Assembly: GCA_011109175.1 (NCBI GenBank)
Contig: RDEW01000017.1
Span: forward strand, 496,001-560,000
Origin: Dicyema japonicum
Lineage: Eukaryota; Animalia; Dicyemida
Reading direction: 5' to 3'
DNA length: 64,000 nt
In this document: positions 36,745 to 47,899 of the stretch, one piece after another
How the letters are laid out: each line of letters begins with the position of its first letter
Numbering within the stretch: position 1 is the stretch's first letter
The notes under the pieces: generated by a model
Database searches by the model: none
The model's input: only the letters and a program-made list of their open reading frames with translations
What the model was told of the DNA's origin: nothing
Position numbers and translations under genes: made by a program

Positions 36745-38890
36745 CCAACATCTGCTGCGTCCTACTTAAATCTTTAATCTAAGACATAATTGGACTCCAA
36801 TTCTAACGGAATAGTCTTCCAGAAACGTTCCTAGTTGTCTGCTTGGGATGGCCTTGAGCCAAGCCCCATTCTCGGGAGAAGCTTCAGACAACAGACAGAC
36901 ACGGCATGCTGGTTTGATGACTTTAAGGGTTTTTCGAACAACTTCTGGAGAACAAATCGTCCAGACTACACTTAGAATCTTGGGATCTAGAGAGGAACGA
37001 ATTAAGATGGTTTCAAGTCCCCCATACGTGTCTGAAGGTCTAAATCGATCGAGAATTCGGGAAGGCAGTGTAGAATTCTCCTGAACAACGTAGTGGAACC
37101 CACTAACGAGAAAAAAGAATATCTTCAAAGCAGCGAATTCCAATGCCACCAATTCTCTTGTTTCCATGGAGCCATATCAAAAATAAGCATTGCAGATATT
37201 TCCGACTGTTGAACGAAAGACGTCGATACGTCTGAGTTGTTCATTTTGGCTAAAATAGGGAGTTGTCTTGAGTATATATGCAAGCTTCTGTATAGTGAGA
37301 TACTCTTCCAGGGGAATAATGAGGTATGTTGGTTGAGTAAAAATAATCGATCGAACGTTCCCCAAGTAATAATTGCTTGTCACATAATACTTTCACCATC
37401 GCACTCTTAGTGATTGGGATCCTAGGAATACAAGGTCTCCATAAGGAGTAGAAATAGTTCCGGGTAGTAAAATCGTAATAAATGTCATAACTCTTGAAAA
37501 CTCATCGTCAGAAAGTCCACAATTGGATATTTCGAATTTATTATAGTTTGACAAGGTTTCTAAATCGCCGAAGACAAATCCGAGGGTCCTTCAAATTTAG
37601 TGATTCTCTCGGTTGCAAAACAAAACAGTAGCGTCCAAATAGATTTCCTTGTTGCACTCCAGAGGACGAAGGGATTAGGTAATAAGATGAAAAACCTAGG
37701 ACTGGTTGACCATTTCGCAGATATTAAGAAATCTTTCCATACACGCCTCCAGAATTTTATTTTTCCTTAGATTGTTATTAGCGTTCCTGACGAGAATATG
37801 TCCTCGGGAATCTTCTATGCTGCGGTTTTTGAATATTCGAGCAGAATGAACAGCGACCTTGCATCCGAGATGTACTCAGACTCCTATTTGGGAAAGGCTT
37901 AAGAATTTTGCTACAAGAGGGATAAATATTGGGAGATAATCTTAGCACCCAGCCTCATGAAGACAAAGATGACTGCAATTGGGTGTAATCTGCCACTATT
38001 CTTATCGAAAGCAATCATGTTAGCAGAGAACATGGTGGACCATTTTGGGAAAGTCCTTCAGACAAAATCCGGTTTGTAAGTGAGAAAATTGAATTTTTAA
38101 GACGGAGTCCTGGATTTCCAACGGACAAAGTAGTCAGGTCATTCAGATGACAGGGACTCATTCCGTCAAGACTGCCACTGCTACTGGAGGCAAAATTCAG
38201 TATCGCAAGAAGTATTTCATACTTGATGGGGTCAGGGGATTCATTTAGACGAGGAAAGTGACAGGAGGCAATCTGTGAGGTGGTAGTGAGTGCAAATTTT
38301 TGTAGGTGTTGAAGGTTGGTTTTGCGTGGGCCTCTTGAAGAAAGTGCCTTGATGGCTGCATGGGTTCTAACTTCGACTAGCTTCAAACGAATAGTTTTTT
38401 TGAGGCCGAAAATTTCTACTTCCTTGTCTGTTCTCCTCGTTCTTTTCAGTAAGAATATGATCCTATCCTTTTTGTGGAAAAAACCATTCCTTACATCCGT
38501 AGAGTAAAATTGGGAGAATTATTTCACGGAAGATAAATAGAAACGTCTCTGTTCCAGAGGACATCCTCGATCATATTAGAAAGGGCCTGAGTAGCGAAAG
38601 GAACTGCGGCTTTGGAAATCCCCACGAGGAATAGTCAGTGAAGAACGTCGCTGATATTAGACGTAAGATTTATTCAGGGTCCATGGTTCTAAGACGACTG
38701 GGAGACGAGTTAGCATTTGTGTAAGTACGAGTAACCTTTTCATAGGCCACAGCAGGGAGACCAGTGTAATACTTCAAGCGCGCTTGCAGGGACCTGACAT
38801 AGTTTGACACAACCTAAATGGAAGAAATCTTCACAAGCATAAAAAGGAAACCACGTTGCCAAGTTTTGACTGGGCGACAAAATGAAAAAT
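36745..38890 (-). mobile_element. CRE-like non-LTR retrotransposon, long decayed copy
   Basis: SGSLDGMSPCHL, LHPIAV, GCKVAVHSAR, KLAYILKTTP, ASPENGAWLKAIPSRQLGTFLED..VRIGVQLCL in the order expected for a CRE-type ORF. Confidence 0.75.
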
Positions 38891-40939
38891 TGTTAGATGA
38901 CCACGCTGGTACGATTTCCTAGAATACATATTTTCTAGCATTTCCACGAGACGCTTAAGAATTTTTAAGATTTTACGCATTCTCTTGTATCTTTCAATCC
39001 TTCGTTGGAGCTTCTATACAAACAGTTTTTATCGAGCATAAAATACGCTTGTGCAGTATGGATTGTCCCGCAGAGAAAATTAAAGATGTGCAAAATCTTG
39101 GAATATTATTAAGATTCTCGAAACAGACTCCCACATCGTTGCTACGGAAAACTCTAAGCATTGCACCAATCTTTGCGGAACACCAGGGAGACTTCAAAAT
39201 AGACAAGTTTCCTGAATATTCCTTTGAGTCGGAAGAACTTTCAGAAAGGCTAGTTTTCTAGTGATTAGGCACAAACAAATGTAGTGTTTTTAGTACATTA
39301 CGTATATGGTTGCTGTTTTGATGTCTTTGTTGTTTAACCGAGTTAATAGTAACTGTTTTGGGCCTTAGAGAGAGATGAGAGTAGTGTTAACCGCTCTCTA
39401 AAATACTTATAAAGCAAATGATGTGCGTGTAGCCTGCAGTGTGTACTAGTGTTCATTATTGCATCCAAGTATACCTTCTTACATTAATTTAGAAGAATCA
39501 AATTATTTTGTTAACCTTAACGTGAACAAGAGTTTATGTAATTATGAGGAACAGAAGAAATTGAATTGGAGATGAATTTCTTAAAATTGGAAATAGCTTC
39601 AGGGTGGATGAAAACCGTTGTCTTCTTTCTCTTAGATATGGGCGAGGTGACGGACTCACGATACATTGGAAATATGAATCCTGAATAAGGGAAATGTCAG
39701 GTTCATATTGGAATCCGATTCGATTCTCGTCCAACCAAGAATTGAAAGAACTTGGGAGAATCTTATCTGTAAAGTACGTGCATAGACCGATAGTTTTACA
39801 TGGTCAAGAGGCCTCTCTCAATAACCTTACATATTGGTTTGGTATTCCTCTCAGGATCCAATGTTTTCGTTGTTAGATAGAAAAAATTTTACCAGGAATC
39901 GATAACTAGGAAGATTTTTTTGACTTTGTAAATTCGAAATTTTGACCTTTCTTTGTTTATCTGGGAAAAATTAATTAATGTGAAAAAAAATTAACTTCAT
40001 TAAAATATAGAATAATGTAATTCAAAACGTTTTCAGGTTAAAGTTTTAAACAAGTTTTGTAAACTTTACTGTTCAACTTATTCAAGGACTTATTCAGGAA
40101 ATCATATTCAATTAAGCATTAGTGACCTTAGTGATTCTAGAGTCGGTAGATGGAATGAAAAAATCAGATGTTTTACAATGGCAACTGTGAAATAGTAATA
40201 AAATGATAAACCTGCTAGTTTGAATTGTTTCTTAGACGAAAAATTCAATAAGAAGCTGTTGATAGAAAATTCTCCAGAATATTTTCTAATAACAGTCTTA
40301 ACCTTTTCAGTGACCTTCCTGATTGAACGAGGCATAACAGTTAATGCCACGTTAGTATTTTATTCGAAAAACTCGAAAAATTAAAAATCAATAAAAACTT
40401 TTTGACTGAAAACAATTTTAAAGAACATGAATTTTTGACTTTATTGTCAAAAAACTCATTTTAGCTCGGTTTACTATCGCTACATGCAGATGGTCTCCGA
40501 AATAATAAGCGTCCCCAATTTTCCAACAAGGACTTTAAAGTAGGTTGGTCAAGCAACAGAATCGGAAAATTCATTAGTTCTGGTAGCTTTGTATTGGAAG
40601 TCTGATCTCATTTAGGTTCGCTTTTGCTAGGTTCGTCCTTCATACAGTCCGTATTTAAATGTTAAGAATTTAGCCTTGGGGTGAATAACTTCATGAAGTT
40701 TCCAAGAAGTGCTTATATTAAACTCTGCTTTCATTGCGGAGAAAATAAACCATTGTCTGTGTCATCTCCGAAAGTCATGATAAAATCGAAAACGATTTCA
40801 AAATTTTTTAAAATTATTCGTAAATGTGATTTGCTTTCCATTAAAAATTAGTGGTATCCAAGTCTTTTATTTGAAGTAAATATTGTGCTGCATGACTTCT
40901 CGCCAGTGAATAATAAGTTTTAATCTAGCATTCTGTTCA

Positions 40940-41290
40940 GGTGGTCGAGCAGGTTTAGAAGATATCCAGAAGCTGTCTGTAAGTATCATTCTCTAGATAT
41001 ATGATCATAGCACTATCAAAGGTTTGAATAGATAGATCAATCGGAAATAGGTCGAATAGAATGGGTGATAGAGGTGACCCCTGTAACGAATCGTTTAGTG
41101 GTGGTTTTGAAACGGACTCGGAGACAGTTATATGGAACTTCATCTGACAATGTCCGGGAAGCCAGAACTCTACGCCAATAGTTTCCCAGTGGAATGAAAA
41201 GATAGATCCTTTTGAATTCCGAGCAAGCATTAAAAGTCTCATGAGTAAGGTGGATCTGATGGAAAGAAGAGAAATTTTCAATCAAGTATT
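40940..41290 (-). mobile_element. Decayed LINE RT fragment
   Basis: SLQGSPLSPILFDLF resembles the RT PQG motif region. Confidence 0.55.
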
Positions 41291-41305
41291 CACATGGTAC
41301 CACAA

Positions 41306-41433
41306 GGCACCACGAAACTAAGTGGGAGTATAGAACCCGCGGAGAATTATATAAACAAAACAACGTATAGAACGAATGGCACCACGAAGCTAAGTGGAGT
41401 ATGGACCGCAGAGTATTTATATAAAACAAAACA
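41306..41433 (+). repeat. Imperfect tandem duplication, period ~72 bp
   Basis: ggcaccacgaaRctaagtgg..agtat..accgc..ttatataaa.caaaacaa at 41306 and 41378. Confidence 0.75.
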
Positions 41434-41512
41434 AATATTCGTTAGAGATATTATTATTATTAGCACTTATCGCTATGTCATAGACTTGACAAAAGCATGT
41501 GCAACACGAGTT

Positions 41513-41853
41513 AAATAATTAATTAGCCACGTGGCGCCATGTGGTGCTGCGTGGTTAATTGGTTGAAGTTTTCCGCTTGCTTGTCTGTTCCTCCTCTCTC
41601 TTCCTAATAGAGTGGCTTCATGTGATCCACCTGTCTAGGTGACGCCCAGTGCCAGGCCGGCACGAAAAATGATCATTTGCTCTTCCCCATTCCAGTGGAG
41701 GGGTTTCCACAACTGCATGTAATGGACGTCTTACCTTTTATGCTGATTCGGATGGACTCTGTTTCTATAGAAGTGGAAACTGGATACACTTAATGTTTAC
41801 TTTAACTTCTTTCTCGGTGTATCCGGAGTTAATAAATGAATAAAATAAATAAT
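41513..41853 (+). mobile_element. Short element family B, intact copy (~340 bp)
   Basis: 5' hairpin 41517-41564, internal gtgcc/ggcac and ctcca/tggag-type stems, 3' ggatacac/gtgtatcc stem, A-rich tail; near-TSD aacacgagtt (41503-41512) / aacaagagtt (41854-41863). Confidence 0.85.
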
Positions 41854-42161
41854 AACAAGAGTTGGCAAATCACTGGTAAGTTTCATCCACTTACTCTATT
41901 CAAAGCCGCAGTGCGCAACCAGTCAAGATACTCTTCACTTCCAAGATGCCGTCCCATTTCTTTGAGGTCCTCGTCGAGAACGACTGCTAAGCTTTTTGCA
42001 CTTGCGCCAGTACTCCTCCGCCAGTACAAATATTCGTTAGAATAATTTTGATAATATAATAATTTTTGTCAAAAATAATTAAGTTTATTTTAAAAAAATA
42101 ATAAAATCATTAATTGAAGTGTGAGCTGTATATTTAAATTTAAATTTTAGTGGTGTCGCAT

Positions 42162-42452
42162 ATGAATAAATTAAACTATGTACCATATTACGGACCGATT
42201 GACCCAAATTTGTTTCCCTACTTTGCTCTAGTACTTTTGTTTTTCGGAATATTAACATCCATTGTTTTTAAAGTGTAATCGATTTCATGATGACTTTATA
42301 GGTCACAATCTTGTCCTCGAGGAAATCCAGATCATTAGTAAATGAGATCTTATTTGCTGTCTTCTCTTCGCTCTTACTCGGATTTGGTACTGTTTTGCTT
42401 TTCTTTCCGTTGGAATTAATCTCTGTTTGACTTTATATTTATATTTGTAGAA
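42162..42452 (+). CDS. TMEM258: TMEM258/OST5 oligosaccharyltransferase small subunit (apparent 1-nt frameshift at ~42400)
   Basis: MNKLNYVPYYGPIDPNLFPYFALVLLFFG..|VTILSSRKSRSLVNEILFAVFSSLLLGFGTVLLFLSVGINL* (after restoring one T) parallels [37 protein letters not shown]; absent from the ORF track. Confidence 0.85.
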
Positions 42453-42765
42453 TTTTTCTTCATTTCATTAATTTTCGTTTAAATAAAGGCATCCTTTAAT
42501 TTACTATTTAAGGATAATAATTTTACCCCGGAGGTATTTGCCTTGTAATTCAGATAGACACCGTAACATCGATATAAATTAGCTAATTAAATCATCCAGG
42601 CTTCCCAACTCGTAAGAGAATAACGGCTATCTAATAAAATGCAGAAAAGTGGCCTATAAAAATAGCATTTGAGGAATTTAATGTTTTTTTATAAAAATTA
42701 TTATTATTAAAACTTTTTTTTTAACGAAGAATAATTTTTTTATTAAAACTGTTTTTAGTTAATTA

Positions 42766-42841
42766 CACTAAAACCGTCAAACTCTCGAATCCGCCGTAAT
42801 TTCCCAGTTCCCAAATTTGGCGGATTCGAGAGGTTTTACTG
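42766..42841. mobile_element. Tiny Tc1/mariner (pogo/Tigger-like) MITE
   Basis: Inverted termini cactaaaacc(gtcaaac)tctcgaatccgcc / ggcggattcgagaggttttactg with TA on both sides. Confidence 0.7.
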
Positions 42842-43304
42842 TAATTCTAATTATTTATTCTTGCTGACAATAGCAACGGAAATTTACTGAAGGAACCATT
42901 GGGTTTCACCGACTTTATGCCTTCTTAGTGTTTCCAGACGTCCCAGTTTCTTGAGAAAAGAAAGTGACGCAAAGTTGTCCTCACAACCGGTTTTGGACCC
43001 TTTCGAATTTCTTTCTTTTAGATTTCCCACCCTTTGTACTTTTCCTTTGATGCCATTAAGCTAATTTTCACTGTTAGACTGGTCTTATTTTATATTTTAC
43101 TTCTCAGAATCCCAAAACTGCCTAAAAACCCCTCCGACTTGCTCATAGCAATTAATAATACCCTTTCTTAAAGGCATAGTAATATGTCTATTTACAAAAC
43201 CTTCCCTGAGCAGGATATACACTTTTTTAAGAGTTAAAGAACATTATGCCAATTAATCCTAAAAAGGGGACAAGACATCGAGAGTAAAGTCACTTTTTTT
43301 GGTT

Positions 43305-43450
43305 TTGTGGCAGTCCCAAATGATTTCTGGTTCAAATCTCGATGATGTCTATTCCGGTTGAAGGTTCCATGCATCTAAAATGCCACCTAACTTGACGAAT
43401 GACGGTGTCATTAGTGATACCCAACTGCAGAAATGGCCTCGCACACAACT
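43305..43450 (+). mobile_element. SINE family A, partial diverged copy
   Basis: B-box-like ggttcaaatctc, then gaaggttccatgcatct..ttgacgaatgac..gtcat. Confidence 0.7.
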
Positions 43451-44008
43451 TTATAGCAATGTATGCACGTTGGTAGTTTAGTGACAATATCCCATGTTAC
43501 TCATGTAAGTAGAGAGTGATACAGAATTAATCGGTCTTAACAGTTTTTTTCTTAGTCATCTTCAACATTAGTAAGACAGGTTTCTTAAATAACGCTTATT
43601 AGTAACTACTTCAAAATCAAAGTCGTTTCCATCCTCTTCTGTTTCACGCAATCATCAAGATCCCCTCCCGATTTCAGCTTCCTTCTTATGCACATGAGTT
43701 CTTTGTAGAGCGTCGACGGTAACGTTGTTCTTTGTCGACCTAGATACGTTGTTTTGTTTTATATAGAGAAGTGTGATCCCATGGCCTGATAGGCCGGTGC
43801 CATTTACGAAGCTCTTAGGACATGTCCAAAGAGCTGCCATTTCGCCAAAGTCACTTTATTCCCAATCTGTGATGTTTGAGTGATTCTGAATCTCAATTTT
43901 TCCGGGTTTTTGTCTGTTTCATAAAATATTTAAATAAAAGTGAACAATTTAAGTTATTTAAATTAAAAATTATTTTTTTGAATTTGTGAAAATTTCTCGT
44001 GCTTTGAA

Positions 44009-45159
44009 ATGAATCCCATAATTAGATGTGTTAACTTAAGTTTACTTAATTCACGTTCCTACAAGCAAAATGTTCACAAATACTTAAAAGAAATGTATTG
44101 GAGACGCATTAGGGCTGGTCCTGAGCCGGAAAGGAGACGTTCAGAGTGGATAAACTGGTAGATGAATTTAAAAATCCTAAGGAATTACAAAGCAGAGTTA
44201 TATGCTTTTAAAATGAGGTTGGGAGAGGATGTTGAGGATAACGTTCTCCGTCGATGTTTCATGGACAAGTATAACATATAGCATAATCAAATAGATCATA
44301 TATCGATTCTGACCACGTGGATGACTCTAACAATCAGATGGCTAGTGAAGGTTCATATTTTTGTGATTATAGGTCGTCTCTTGTCTGATAAATTTGTTAA
44401 GACATTCCTCCGCCATTGCTATGATCGGCTTCCTGAAGAAGGTATAAGGTACCCCTTTTATGGAATTCAAGTGAGGTTTCCGGTTATGTCAATTCTGATA
44501 CTGTTGTGGGAAATGTTGCCAGAAATATCGGCATGAAAGATTTAATTTGCAGTAAAGTTTGCGGAATTGATCATTTTTGAGGAAATTGACCCTTCAGATT
44601 CTGTTTTGGCGAAGGCCTTGTTTTCCTTTATTCGTGCGATCGAAGAAAATGGGGTTTTCCGTGCTTTTCATTTTCAGGGGAATAAGAGAACTCAGAACTT
44701 CATTTCCGACTTCCTACTCACTCAGCTAATTGGAAGGAATATTGTCGATATCTGGACGCCACGTGATCCTGTTCAACTACTCGAATTGATTGCGGAGAGA
44801 AGTAACCTTTCAAAACCAGATTTTAGGTTGATTTTTGTCCTTTTTCCGTAGAATTCTGCGGAAAGCCGGAAAAATTACGGTTGAGGCTGCCTATTTGGTC
44901 GGATGCTACATTGATCGCCAACTTATTGGATCTGGTTGCCTTTGGTGGTCATAATTGTCCAATAGGTGGTGGAGAAACTTTGCCGATTGCAGCTGAGATG
45001 TCGGCTCTGAATGCTTTGATGAAGCTGTTCAAAGTATCTTCTAATTACTGCGAATCTCTTCCATTTGGTTTAAGAGGACGAGACCTTGAATTTGACTTTG
45101 ATCGCGTTAATCAAAGCATAGCCGATTACAAGATTGATTTTACACAATTTTTCCGATGA
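44009..45159 (+). CDS. MRPL44: Mitochondrial ribosomal protein mL44 (multi-exon)
   Basis: RRRSEWINW|NYKAELYAFKMRLGE..RLPEEGI..FISDFLLTQLIG..DPVQLL..YLVGCY..|GGETLPIAAEMSALNALMKLF..LPF. Confidence 0.9.
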
Positions 45160-45269
45160 ACTATTTTTGAGTTCTTAGCTCTCTGTGGTTATTAGTTTAG
45201 TATTGATTTTAGCTGAAAAACTGACTGAATGTGCTGAAAAAATCTTTAGGTATTTGAGTGAGGCTCATT

Positions 45270-45560
45270 AATTAATTAACTTATTCCAAAGACAAAGGGT
45301 AAAAAACAAACTTACCAATTCCTTGATCTTGACGCGTTCCAACAGAACATTCATCAAAGAACAGTGATCCAGGATACGTTGTCCGGGAAGTTGAGGTCGA
45401 TTCCAGAATTCATCGACATAGAAAAAAATAGTCTCCCTGTAGAATGAAGATGGATCCTTTGGAGTCTCCTAAGTATGTTGGATTCAATGACGCCACCAGA
45501 TGAAAGGAAGAGGAATCTTTATCAAATATCCATATGGCACCACGTGGCTCATGATTAACA
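45270..45560 (-). repeat. Short element family D copy carrying a family B-like head
   Basis: Body aligns with 5595-5760; the reverse complement 5' end agccacgtggtgccatatgg matches the family B head agccacgtggcgccatgtgg. Confidence 0.7.
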
Positions 45561-46199
45561 AATTCCGGAAAAAATCTTATCCCTTAACGCCAATTTTGCG
45601 TGGCACGTCGTGAAAATAATAATTCAATGCAACTGGTGGAATCATTAGTTGGTCTTTATTTTTCTTAAGGCATATTTTTTCTTTTCCTTTAAGGAAATAA
45701 TAAAATATGTTAGTTTAGTTAGTTAATCCTGACCTCACCAACTTGTACAAGATCAAGGGTATTAAGTAGGACGCCGCCAATGATGGTCGTTTTCATAAAT
45801 CGTCTTTTTCGGCGTGGTAGGTAGACATCGTATAAGCACTGACATTCGAAAGGTGAATTTGCTGTCAACTCACATAAGTTGCAGAAATAAAAAAAACGTG
45901 TTTCACATCATCTAGTTTATATATCCGTATGTAGGTAGAAAGGAGTGATGTCTACACTTCTACAGATTTATAGGATCCTTCTCGGAAGAAAGGAGGGTGG
46001 TCACATAAATAAACTGACTTGTGGATAAGAGCAGATCGACGTACACGTCACGGCAGACAATTAAATAATCTGAACTTTGGAAAGATGGCTTTTTTGGAGA
46101 GATTCGTTTCCTGTGAAAACGAAATATTAATTTTTTGTGTGCCAAAAAAGGCAATTAGTTCACAGGATTAGTGTGTAAAGCAGTTTATCTTGAGTTTAA

Positions 46200-46630
46200 T
46201 GGTTTTTGGAAATCAAATAGACAGGATTGTTTGTGAAGGTGCTCTGAGCGTTCTGACATCATGTTTTCGAGTTTTTTGAAGAAATCATAGGACTGAAGGC
46301 TCCACAGGTTTCCATATCAGGAGGAACAAATGTTACATCATCTGGGAGGTCAGACTACTCCCGGCCCTCTCAGTGACTGAACAATCTGAGAATGGTTGTT
46401 TGAAGCGAGGGTGTCCGAGCACGTGACATCTCAGATTAGGGAATTATTAGTAGCAAATGGAGTCGTTGTCGAAAAAAGTCCCGAGTACTCCGCTTGGAAT
46501 GGCGGTAAGTCTGCCCCACTTTCAGGAGAGGCTCCGATAAGCATGGCTGTGTTAGTTCTAGGACTCCAGCAATTTTTAAAAATATTTCTGGCTAACAACA
46601 TAATCCAAATTCCGAAGATGAAGGGGTGAA
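46200..46630 (-). mobile_element. CRE-like fragment with internal deletions
   Basis: GASPESGA..TAIPSGVLGT, DVTCSDTLAS, FVPPDMETCGAF. Confidence 0.6.
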
Positions 46631-47003
46631 CTAGTAGGTACGAATCCAGATCTCCAGTGGGTGATCGACATCCTGGTTAGAAGAAAATTCGGAGGAGTGT
46701 GAAATCTTCATGACCATGGGATCAGAAACCACAAGAGACGAAAGGTGAGTGGGCAGAGAAACATCGACAGAGGACCGAATCCCAAGGCCACCGAATCTAA
46801 CAGGCAGTGTGGCCTGTTTCCAATAGGCGTTGTTGAAATAAATATCACGAATGAACTCGGCCGCCTTACAGAAAAGAAAGTACGCATAAGAGAGTTGGTT
46901 TGAGATAGAAATAAGTTTCGAAAATATAGAAGATTTTCTGAATGGACAAGTCGGTCTTCAGGAAAAACATGAAAGTACGATAATTCAGGGCATACAGCCG
47001 ATT

Positions 47004-47332
47004 GAGCCGTGTAGCTATGTGTAACAAGTGCCGGGCAAAAGGGCTGATGGACCCTAATTCGAATCTCATTGCTGTAAACTCCGACTGAACGTTCCACGGA
47101 TCTACGAAGCTTCGCCTTGACGAGTGACGCCGTGATCAGTGAACATTTCACTACGGAACCTAATAGTCTATAAAGGACTCATACTAACAAAAATAAAAAA
47201 AAGTGAAGAACATTTCTTGGTTCTCCCTCTACGATTAGTTATCATAACTGTTCTCCACTTAAATAAAATTTGTGTCATACATGGGTGGAGCCATAGGTAA
47301 TATAGCTCTTCGTAAAGTGCAGTATTTATTAT
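47004..47332 (+). mobile_element. SINE family A, near full length
   Basis: Degenerate tRNA head (attcgaatctc B-box), full core, and tail gctcttcgtaaagtgcagtatttattat. Confidence 0.85.
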
Positions 47333-47899
47333 ACGTCTAGTTATTGTTATTACATCCGATTGAGAGAGTCTTGAAGAAGTTTTCCTACTATTACCATCAC
47401 AGTACTTTCGAACTTCATTCAGGCTGAATTACCTTGAAGGTGCCTGGGGGTGAATTCCGTATATGATAGTCCACAATTGGAATTTTCACATGTTTGTTTC
47501 TGATAGTCCAACCAAGTTTAGACAAGGCGGAAACCAATAAACTCAAAATCTTGAAAAACATTTGTGGATCCTCAAAAGAGTTCATGCAGTTTTTGATGTT
47601 AGAGAGATCCTTTTCCTTCCCAATCTCGCTCGCGAGAGAAACCAAAGACTGAAGGAACAAAACTCAATACTCTAACACAGTCGGATTGAGTTAGAGTGGA
47701 GAGTTTATTCAATCAGTGAAAAAGGCCTCTGCAGCAAAGAGACGCGCAAACCTCGGAATTTTGGTAAGATAAGTTCAGGATCTCTTTGCATGTCTTGGAC
47801 AGCCATAGAAGACCTGAAAGTGGAGGATCACCGAGTGACCTGACAGGAGGCAAATATACTAATAAGTGTCAGCTTCCTATGTGTTAAACTAAATTTATT

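Noticed and set aside
39500-40350. Orphan minus-strand gene (ORF 40108-40350)
   Set aside because: One plausible intron but no homology and no coherent continuation.
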